Source: Octopus sinensis (Eukaryota). From it: 64,000 bases of DNA. This document shows, one piece after another, positions 37,241 through 48,600 of this stretch. Every line of letters begins with the position of its first letter. Position 1 is the stretch's first letter. Position numbers and translations under genes: made by a program. The DNA is taken from positions 37,510,001 through 37,574,000 of the forward strand of contig NC_043010.1 in assembly GCF_006345805.1 (NCBI RefSeq). Direction: 5' to 3'. The notes beneath the pieces were generated by a model. It ran no database searches and had not been told where the DNA came from. It worked only from the letters and a program-made list of their open reading frames with translations.

Positions 37241-38260
37241 CTATACCTGAAAATGAAGTGAAAATGATTTCTTGCAGACACGAGACTGCTGTTTATATAT
37301 ATATATTTTGTTTCAGTCATTTGACTGCGGCCATGCTGGACCACCACCTTTAGTCGAACATTCAACCCCAGGACTTATACTTTGTAAGCCTAGTACTTAT
37401 TCTATCAGTCTCTTTTGCCGAACTACTAAGTTACGAGGATGTAAATACCCCAACAGTTGTGGAGCGATGGTGGGGGGGATGACAAACATATATATATATA
37501 TGTGTGCGATGGGCTTCTTTAAGTTTTCATTTACCAAATTCACTTACATGGCTTTGGACGGCCCGAGGCTATAATAGAAGACACTTGCCCAAGGTACCAT
37601 ACAGTGAGACTGGACCTGGAACCATGTGGTTTGTAAGCAAGTAACTTAGCACAGCCACTCCTGCACACATGCACACACACATTGTTACCATTATGTTAAA
37701 TAGTTATGGCCAAATGCGGTTTTTTTTTTCTTTTTTCTTCAATATTTATTTTCTGCTTGCAATAGCTGGTTCTTTTGGTCAAACTATCATATCTCCAGCT
37801 GCTTCAGATGCCGAGATATCAAAAATTGTCAAAGTGTAGTACAATGGTTTTGTTATGGAATGGTGAAACTATTTTTTACATTTTCTGAAAAAGCAACGTC
37901 TTGGACTTACGACACTTTTGCTTTATAGCAACAATATACTCTTTTACTTGTTTCTGTCATTTGACTATGGCCATACTGGAGCACCGCCTTCAAGGATTTT
38001 AGTAAAACAAATTAATCCCGGAACTTGCCTCTTTTGCGAAACTGCTAAATCATGGTGTTATAAATACACCAACACTAGTTGTCAAGTAGTGATAGGGACG
38101 GACACACACACACTGAGCTTTCAGCATTCATGTTTACGAAATCCACTCGCAAAGCTTTGGTTGGCCCAAGGGTATTATAGAAGACACTTGCTCAAGGTGC
38201 CACACGGTGAAACTGAACCTGGAACCCTGTGATTGGGAAGTGAGCTTCTTACCACATAAC

Positions 38261-38297
<37 letters not shown>

Positions 38298-40790
38298 CAC
38301 GTGTGCACACAGTTTACTGTTCCGTAACGGTAAGATCAATAAAAGAAAAAGTAGTCCATCCAATGACATACAGGATTTAATGTATACAGTATAAAGATGT
38401 AAGCTTCTAATAGTTACTTGCACTGGTGATGAAGGTCTAGACAGATTTTTATAGCATTCCTTGTGTTTCAGCAATCTACAGGCTCTGAGCACATGGTCTA
38501 TTCGATTAGCAAAACTGGATGCTGCTGGTGCAAGAGAAATCACAAGAAAAAAAACGAGAAGGTAGATGCAATAAGTGGTAGGGTGAATAAAAACAGTGAA
38601 AGAAAGTTAGTGTTATGTTCCCTTTGACTGTAAAGCAGTAATTAAGCCAGTTGAATAATTCTATGCAGTGTGGTCTAGAATCTTTAAGACAGCTGCTCAA
38701 TTTGGAGTGGATTATGTCCTCCAGTTGACCAAAAGAAGTTTGTCCACATGTTTGCATTTGCTGAAAATTTCAGATCTGGAATTTTTAGATCTAAAAAGAA
38801 TATGCGACTTTTCAGCTATGCTTAATTTGCACTTCTTAGAGCCATTAACATATAACCTGAATTTTTCGAGTAGCCAGTGTAATTGATTAGTCACCCCTCC
38901 CCCAAAATTTCAGGCCTTGTGAAAGGATTACTATAGTGGTGAGCTGGCAGAATGGTTAGCACATCGGACAAAATGCTCTGTAGCATTTCTTCGGGCTTTT
39001 TGTGTTCAACCCTTTAGCATTTAATCTGACCATATCTGGTTCAAATATTCTGTTTTATGTTAAAATAGACCATATCAAACTTCACACACCTACCCTACAA
39101 TGTCATTTTAAAAATAGACAAAACACACCTTTGAAATATTGAAGTTACTAGGTAATCATCATCATCTAATGTCCATTTGTCCATGCTATCATGGGTTGGA
39201 TGGTTTGACCAGGGCTGGTAAGCTGGAAGGCTACACCAGTCTGATTTGGCATAGTTTCTATGGCTGGATCCCCTTCTTAATGCCAACCACTCTGAGAGTG
39301 TAATGGGTGCTTTTACTTGCCATTTGCACAAAACCAATATCTGCCATAATAACAGTTTTGCTCAGCTTGATGCTGTCTTCTCAAGTACTGCATAATACCA
39401 AAGGTCTTGGTCATTGCCTCCGTGAGGCCCAACACTCAAAAGCTGCTTTTCATGTGCCACCAGCATCAGCCACCTTGCCTCAGTGAGGCTCAACGCTTAG
39501 AAGATGATTTTTATCTAACACCAGCATCGACTACGACCATGATTTCACTTGGCTTGATAGGTCTTCTCCAGCACAGCATATCACTGAAGGTCTTGGTCCT
39601 TAGTTACTGCCTCTGTGAGACCCAATGTTTGAAGTTCATGCTTCACTTCCTTGTCCTATATCTTCTTGGGTCTATCTCTACCACAGGTTCCCTCCCCTGT
39701 TAGAGATCAACTCTTCTTTACACAGCTGTCCTTGTCCATATGCATCACATGACCTTACCAGCGCAGTCATTTCTTTTGCACACCACACCTGATGCCTAAT
39801 AATACATAATTAATTCAAATCAAAGTGATTAAATAAACATTATTATTATAAAGGTGGTGAGCTGGTAGAATTGTTAGCATGCTGGACAAAATACTTAGAG
39901 GTCTTTTGCCTGTTGCAATGTTCTGAGTTCAAGTTCCGCCGAGGTCGACTTTGCCTTTCATCCTTTATAGGGGTTAATAAAATAAGTACCAGTTGAACAC
40001 TTGGGTTGATGTAATAGACTCAGCCCCATCTCCCGCAAGCTGCCCTTGTGGCAAAAATTTGAAATTATTATTATGAAGGTGGCAAGCTGGCCAAATTTTC
40101 AAATTCTGCTGAGGTTGACTTAGCCTTTCATACTTTTGGGATTGATAAATTAAGTACCAGTGAAACACTGAGGTCAATGTAATCAACACTCCCCCCCCCC
40201 CAAATGGATGCCCATGTGGCAAAATTTGAAACTATTATCATTAAGGCATTGAGCTGGCAGAATCATTAGCATACTGTATGAAATGCTTAATGGTAATGTG
40301 CCTGTTGCTACATTCCGAGTTTAAGTTCCACCAAGATCCACTTTGCCTTTTATCCTTTTGGAGTTGATAAATTAAGTACCAGTGAAACCCTGGGGTTGAT
40401 GTAATTGACTAGTCCCCTGCCTCCAAATTTCGGGTCTTGTGCATTTAGAAGAAAGGATTATTATTATTATTATTTGGTTAGAATTAGTCCAGTGGTAGAA
40501 CATGTGAGTTTGCATCCCATGAACAGCCTTATACTTTTTAAGATGGTGAGCTGGCAGAATCATTAGCATGCTACGCAAAATGGCTACGCAAAATCTCCTC
40601 TTCAGCACCAGACACTGGAAGTGGGAGGTGTAATGGACTGATGTGAGAAAGATCTCTTTTGATATGTTACTGCCAGCATGCTGTGATTTGTTGTATTAAT
40701 TGACAGATTAGTTGTTACTCCAAAATGCATCAGTCTGGCTAGGGGCACTTTAAACTGATTTGGAGTGTTTACTCCTTGTTTTGTCTACAG

Positions 40791-40914
40791 CGAGAAATTT
40801 TCTCCATGACAAAATACAGTGAATGGCTTTCTCACAGGTTTAAATATATTCCTTGAGTACATTTGAACCTTTAACAAGTTTATATCTATTTTATCAAGCT
40901 CAAAAGAACGAGAG
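40791..40914 (+). other. Candidate PUS1 5'UTR exon containing a 16-codon uORF
   Basis: ccttgttttgtctacag| acceptor and gag|gtaaag donor; unique sequence; the PUS1 ATG exon begins at an acceptor (43016). Confidence 0.3.
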
Positions 40915-41714
40915 GTAAAGTTAATTTTGGTAGGATTTAAGCTCAAAGTGTAAAGAGCTGGAAGAAATGTGGCAACATATTGTTTTTCTGACACGCTAAT
41001 GATTCTGCCTGCTTGCTACCCTAAATAGTTGTTTCAAATTTAGGAGAAGGTGGTGGGGGTTAGTTGATTACACTAACCCCACTACTCGACAAGTACTGGG
41101 GTTGGTGTAATTCATTAAAGGAATTTTTAACAGAGTTACTCGCCATACACTGTAGAAACTCAATGCTTTGTAAATATTGAATTAATTACTTTACTCTTGG
41201 AGTACAGATGGAGCACTTCAATGTGATGGATGTAATGCTAAATATTTATATATCCTGAAGTTGATGGTGGTATTTGAACTCAGAAGAAATGCTAAGTATT
41301 TTGTTCAACACACCAATGATTCTGTCAGCTCATTGTCTTAGTGACAACAAGAGCACTCAGAGAGCACAAACTTCCACCAAGGCAACACCAACGTCCTCTC
41401 AATGATTAGACAGATGATTTTTAAAATGAGAATATCTAAATTAAACTCGACTGCTCTCACAAACGAGAATACTAGAAATGAACCTGGCTGCTCTCAAAAA
41501 TTAAGTAAATAAAACAAGAGAAATAATCCAGAATCCTTGTCTGGTACTGGATCAATCCCAAAATTTAATCAGTTTGTGCCTGTCACGAGACCAAACATCC
41601 CTGAAAGTTTGATCCGAATCCATCCAGCGGTTCTTGAGATATTTTGTCCACAGACAAACACAACTGAAAACAATACCCCCCAACTTTGCTTAGGCAGAGG
41701 TAATAATGATAATA

Positions 41715-42275
41715 AATACCCTGATGCAGTACTCGGCAGTGGCTCTCATGGCTTCTCATCATAACTGATTGGATGTGTTATCATGTACATCGTTTTTTGT
41801 CTTGGTATAAAAGATGGGCTACAGCAAATATTCTGCTCAATACCACAGATTTGCTTGTCAGTAGAGCATGTCCTTTGGTGGCTGATGATATGTGCATCTA
41901 AGATCACAAGCAGAAGTAGTAGGAGAGCATTATAGGAATGTGTTGAAATAAATTCTTTGGAGTTTGAATAATTCACCTCTAGAAACATGGGTGTTTCGTT
42001 CAACATCCTTAAACAACCCTTATTCAAGGACCTTTTGAGCGGGATGGGCTACTCAACCTGAAGAAAATTCTAACTGGGCCCCACCTGCAAGCTCATGCGC
42101 TGTTTATCTTTATATGAGATCATCATGTTGTGCACATATAGCTGTGGTGCATGTGCCTGGTGCACCCTTATCAGACGGGTAGTCATGATGGGTATACTGG
42201 GTTTTGGATATTTTACCCCAGTGTCACTTTGATGACATGCACTGCTCTCTCACTCAATAATAATAATAATAATGT
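41715..42275 (+). mobile_element. Same 570-bp repeat, copy 2
   Basis: Shares ctgattggatgtgttatcatgtac...gggctacagcaaatattctgctcaataccacag...ctctcactcaataataat with 3620-4200. Confidence 0.7.
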
Positions 42276-43042
42276 TAGTTTCAAATTTTGGCACAAGGCC
42301 AGCAATTTTGTGGAAGGGTTTTGATGCTTTTATGAGTTAGAAATATTCCTTTCTGTTATAGGTGCAAGACCTGAAATTTTAAGGAGAAAGGACTGGTTAA
42401 TCACATTGACCCCTGTACTCAAGTGGTACTTATTTTATTGACCCTGAAAGGATGAAAGACAAAGTTGCTCTTGGTGGCGTTTGAACTCAGAACATAGAGA
42501 GGAACAAAATGTTGCTAAGCATTTTGTAATAATAATAATGGTTTCAAATTTTGGCACAAGGCCAGCAAGTTCAGGAGAAGAGTAAATTGATTACATTGAC
42601 CCCAGTACTCAACTGGTACTTATTTTATCAACCTTGAAATGATGAAAAGTAAAGTTGACCTCAAGAGAATTTGAACTCAGAACAAGCATTTTGTCCAGTG
42701 TACCCACAATCCTGCCAGCTCACCCCCTTAATAATAATAATAATAATAATTCTTTCTACCGTAGGCACAAGGGCTAGTTGATTACATTAACCTCAGAGCT
42801 TGACCGGTACTAGGAGGGTAACAAATTGGCTGAGTCGAGATCATCAGATAGACTACTCTTGCAGTATGTGTTGGGGTTTGCTGTAGTCTGAGTTCAGATA
42901 TTGCCGAGGTCAACGTTGCTTACCAATTTGGGTAGGTCTGCAAATGTTACAAACACTGCTTTGTCTCGATACTAACAATGTCATTCAAATGCTAAATTTT
43001 GTTTTATTTTTTTCAGGGACTCTCCTGGGAAGCATTTGATGT

Positions 43043-43120
43043 ATGCTGAAAAGAATTGTGTCCAAATTAGTGCTTAGGTTGAGGCCAAGGAAAATGCTGG
43101 AAGTGTTAACAACCAGTGAG
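43043..43120 (+). CDS. PUS1: PUS1 coding exon 1 (exon starts at 43017)
   Basis: MLKRIVSKLVLRLRPRKMLEVLTTSE; tttcag acceptor at 43016, gtaaac donor; phase 0. Confidence 0.7.
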
Positions 43121-45053
43121 GTAAACAGAAATATAATTTATTATGTCATAGTATGTCGGCCCATCTTGACTGAACAACATTACTTGTTTTAGTTTCATAT
43201 CTAACTAGTCACTATGTACATGACTGCTTGAGCTGCTAGCTAGAAATAACAGCCAAATCTACCTCAAATTACATAACTCAGGTTCTACCATCTAATAAGA
43301 AAATAAAGTTAGGATATTTTGGATACTATGTCTGAAAGTAAGATGGGAGGGTCACAAATGAGCTATCCTTGATTATAAATCTACTGGTATAGGATTGGTC
43401 TTGAGTTAAGCAACAACAGCAAGAAAAAAGGACACAAGATAATGAAGTTTTATATACACTATCTGAATAAATGAATGAAGGTACTTAGTTCAAATCTTTC
43501 CTTGAGTGTTTATAAGAGAAGAATATATGAGGGGTTGCTGAAAAGTTCCTAGCTTTGGGTAAAAGAAAATACAGGAGGATCAGTTAATTATGATTTTATT
43601 CAACACTTATATTCCCCTCTCAGATTCACATACTTATTGTAGTTTTTTTAAGCCTTGTAGAAGAACTCGGAAGGTTGGGCCTTAAACTGGGCCTTTTGCG
43701 AAACCCTTAAAACTAGGAACTTTTCAGATGCACCTCCTCATATGTATAAATTATCTCCTATTCCCTTTGATTTACTGGCGTAAATCAAAGTTAGCTCCAG
43801 AAACAAGGCTCTTATGCATATTGGAAAAATATTCATAGTAACTTTTTTGTTATGTTTTATTTTTCATTGCAAATGTCTGAAATGTGTTTGTTGTAACTGT
43901 AGGCTGCTGCCGTGAAACAAGAAACTGATGACAAAACAGCAATGAAGAGACAGCATGATGACGACGATAATGATGACAGCAAAACTCCTTCGAAGCTTCT
44001 TAAAGTGAGTTTATTTCAAGATTATAATTTTTTCAAGCTATTAATTTTGTCTTTGAGAGAAGAAACCTTTCTTATTCCTCTCTCTCTCTCTTTTTCACAA
44101 TATTACAAGCATACTTATCTGTGTTGTGTGTGTGTGTGTGCATACACACGTATGGTGGCGAGGTGGCAGAAACGTTAGCACACCGGGCGAAATGCTTAGC
44201 AGTATTTCGTCTGTCTTTATGTTCTGAGTTCAAATTCCACCAAGGTCGACTTTGCCTTTCATCCTTTCGGGGTCGATAAATTAAGTACCAGTTACTCACT
44301 GGGGTCGATCTAATCGACTTAATCCCTTTGTCTGTCCTTGTTTGTCTCCTCTATTGTGGGCAATAAAGAAATAAGAAATGTTAGCACACCGGGCGAAATG
44401 CTTAGCAGTATTTCGTCTGTCTTTATGTTCTGTGTTCAAATTCCACCAAGGTTGACTTTGCCTTTCATCCTTTCTGGGTCGATAAATTAAGTACCAGTTG
44501 CATACTGGGGTCAATCCAATTGACTGGTCCCTTCCCCCAAATTTTGGGCCTTGTGCCTAGTGTAGAAAAATATTACAAGCTTGGCTGTGGGGTTAAGGAG
44601 ATTGCTTTCCAATAATGTGGTTTCAAGTTCAGTCGCACTGCAAGGCACCTTGGACAAGTGCCCTCTATTATAAGCCCAGGTTGACCATAGCCTTGTGTGT
44701 GGATTTGGTTGACAGAAAATGAAAGAGGACCATCTTGTCTGTGTGTGTGTGTGTGTGTTGTTTTGATATTGCACTACAGTTGTGAAACAAGCACAACCTT
44801 CTTACAATGTTGTTCATTTCTTGTGTTCCATGAAAACATGTTTGCCCATGGTGATATAATAAATATAATGCTTGGAAACAGGAGGGTTGATGACAGGAAG
44901 GGCATCTGCTGCAATGAATTCTGCTGATCCATGCAAAAGGGAAAATGAATGTTAAAAGTATGAAGATGATAACTAAGACAATAACATTGTTTTTTTACAT
45001 GTCTGTTCTGCCATTCTAGCATGGGTTAGATGAATATTTTATTGAGGCATATA

Positions 45054-45119
<66 letters not shown>

Positions 45120-45548
45120 TATGTATGTATGTATGTATGTATGTATGTATGTTGAGTTGAAGCATTGGTGTAACCATGATGTTCTGGTGATCTGATGAGC
45201 TAGATTTCTGTATCTGCATGTGTAAAAGATTCGAGCGAGGTCGTTGCCAGTGCCGCCTGACTGGCCCCGTGCCGGTGGCATGTAAAAGCATCCACTACAC
45301 TCTCGGAGTGGTTGGCGTTAGGAAGGGCATCAAGCTGTAGAAACTCTGCCAGATCAAGATTGGAGCCTGGTGCAGCCGTCTGGTTCGCCAGCCCTCAGTC
45401 ATTCGTCCAACCCATGCTAGCATGGAAAGTGGATGTTAAACGATGATGATGATGATGAAATTATTATTACATGTAAAAGGCTGTGAAATGGCTGTAATCC
45501 TAAGGATGACATGTGGTTAAATAAACATATTCATCTCTCATACCTCCT

Positions 45549-45601
<53 letters not shown>

Positions 45602-48600
45602 TACACACTCATACCTATGCACACATACTTTTGAATGTCTTATTCATGCGTTCATGTCCACATGTAAGAATAATGTGTTGTTATTTCTCTTTATAACCAG
45701 AAATCCGAAGCAAACATTCCTATCCGAACTGATCGGAAACGTAAAGTAGCATTGTTGATGGCATACTCCGGAGAGGGTTACTATGGCATCCAAGTGTGAG
45801 TAGACAAAACGTTTCATCTATGTCTGTAATGTTGTTGTTCTTGTTGTTTTAGCCCCAGGTCTCTCCTTAGTTGACAGACCAAGTGTGTTTGAACTGTGAT
45901 AATAGTGATTTTTTTTCAGACCTCATTATTTCTAGGAATACAGTATAAAAATCCTTCATTTTATAAGACATTAGTATGTGAATCAAAGGAGATTTAGCTG
46001 CTATTTCTATTGAGTAACCACAGAGGCATCTTCATTGGTGTGTCAAATTCAATCAGATTTGGCCTATAGTGAGTTACACTAACTTCAGATATGCCCGTGT
46101 GAAATCCTGTATGGGTAATTGCCGACATTTGTATAGGTCAGTGGTTCTTTACCAGGGTCCAAATGATCCTTAGGGGGCCATATGATATTTTGTTGTTAAA
46201 ATTCATGTTCAATAAACAGGTTATACCTCTTACAATACTCATAATATTTTAGCAATTTTTTTAATACAATTCTAAATAGTATTTAACTATAAAAAACATA
46301 ATAGGATTTTTTAAGCATTGAATGACTCTGAGGATTCAGTTGAGTAAAAGAGGAACCAAAGGGGCCCACAAGCAGAAGATAGTTGAGAACCACTTGTATA
46401 AATTATTTGCAGTTTGACCAGAGAATGTATAGTCTTCACTTGCATTGAGATTGAATGGGACATGACTTCCTTGAATTTTGGGGGTATTTTTTTGTAATCA
46501 GGTCCACAAAGTCAGCATTGTGAGTTTTAACCATCTTACAGCAATGCTCTCTGCCCTCTTCTCTCTCGATCTTTCTCATGTTTTTCACTATCTTACTCTC
46601 TACCTTGTTCTTCCCTCTCTATCTATCTTACCTTCTTCCTCACTTTCTTCTCTCTGCCTCTCTTACACTTTTCGTCACTCTCCCCTTATTGCATATATCA
46701 CTCTTTTCCTCACACTTTCCTATCTGCCTTTCTATCTCCCTACTTCACTTCCTCTCTCTCTCTCTCTGTCTTACTGACTGCCTCTCTATCCACTCTTATT
46801 TCTCTCTGCCTCTGCTTTCCTTTCTCTCTACCAACCTCATTCTCTGTTCCTCTGTCTCATTTCTCCCCCTCTACCAACTTTCTCTATTTCCATGCAGGTC
46901 ACTCCTCCCCATCACATGGACACTCAAAAAAAGCATTCTAAAACTTTACTATGTTTTCATTTTACATTTGATTTTACTTCCATTTTAATTTTTCTCTCTT
47001 TCATTAACAATTTCTAGTAATTCCGCTTTCCCAACAATTGAGAGTGAACTGTTCAAGGCACTGGTTGCTGTTGGACTTGTGCCACAAGACCATGTGGACA
47101 ACCCATATAAGGTAAGTGTGTGTGTGTTGTTAACCTACACCAGTGGTTCTCAGCCGGGGTTCATATAGCCCCTGTGGGTCCATATAAGATTTTTGGGAGT
47201 CCACACAAGAAAATAGTGAATTGGGGACCCACAATAGAATTTGAAGGTACCCTGAAAAAATTTTGCTGGTGCTATGTAAAAAGCATCCAGCCCACACCGT
47301 GAAGTGCTTGGCATTCGGAAAGGGCATCCAATTGTAAAAACCTTGCCAGAACTGACTTTGCTTGTGCTGGTGCCCTGTAAAAAACACTCAGTCTACTCTG
47401 CAGGGTGGTTGGTGTTAGGAAGGGCATCCAGCCATAAAAACCATGCCAAAACAAACACAGAAGCCTGGTGTAGTCTTCTACCTGGCCAACTCCTGTCAAA
47501 CTGTCTGACGCATGCCAGCATGGAAGGTGGATGTTAAACGATGATGATGATATGTATTACAAGAAGCACCTAGGTTTCTTTCTCTAACATTTTACGTACT
47601 TCATCCTACACATGTTATCATCATCATCATCATCATACATCCGTTGTACTTGACTGGGAGTGTATTTTATTGACTCAGAGGAATGAAAGGCAAAGCTGAC
47701 TTTGGCACAATTTGAACTCAGAACATAAAGAGCTGACAGAAATATTGGTATCAAATTTTGGCACAAGGCCAGCAAGCTTAAGGGAGTGGGTAAGTTGATT
47801 ATATTGAACCCAATGCTCAACTGGTTCTTATTTTATCAACACTGATAGGATGAAAGACAAAGTTGATGTCAGTGGAGTTTGAACTCAGAACTTAAAGACA
47901 TACGAAAATGTCACTGAATATTTTGCCTGGTGTGCTAACGATTCTGCCAGTTCACTGCCTTCAGAACTGAAAGAAATATTGCAAAGCATTTTGTCAAATA
48001 CTCTAATGATTCCAGCACCCTAAGCTGAGCTCAAACTTAAAAAAAAATTTTCATGATAGGTGATGTTAATAGTGATGTTCTATCTGTTACTTATTTCTTT
48101 ATTGCCCACAAGGGGCTAAACATAGAGGGGACAAACAATGACAAACAAAGGGATTAAGTTGATTACATCGACCCCGGTGTGTAACTGGTACCTAATTTAT
48201 CGACCCCGAAAGGATGAAAGGCAAAGTTGACCACAGCGGAATTTGAACTTAGAACGTAACGGCAGATGAAATACCTATTTCTTTACTACCCACAAGGGGC
48301 TAAACACAGAGAGGACAAACAAGGACAGACAAATGGATAAGGTCGATTATATCGACCCCTGTGCGTAACTGGTACTCATTTAATCGACCACGAAAGGATG
48401 AAAGGCAAAGTCGACCTCGGTGGAATTTGAACTTAGAATGTAATGGCAGACAAAATACCGCTAAGCATTTCGCCCGGTGTACTAATGTTTCTGCCAGCTC
48501 ACCTTTTTTTTGCTTTTCTTTTTTTTTATAGTATTAGCATGACCAATAATTCATCATTAACAGATGTTCCCTCTGTTACTGCTAGCCAACTGACCTTGTC

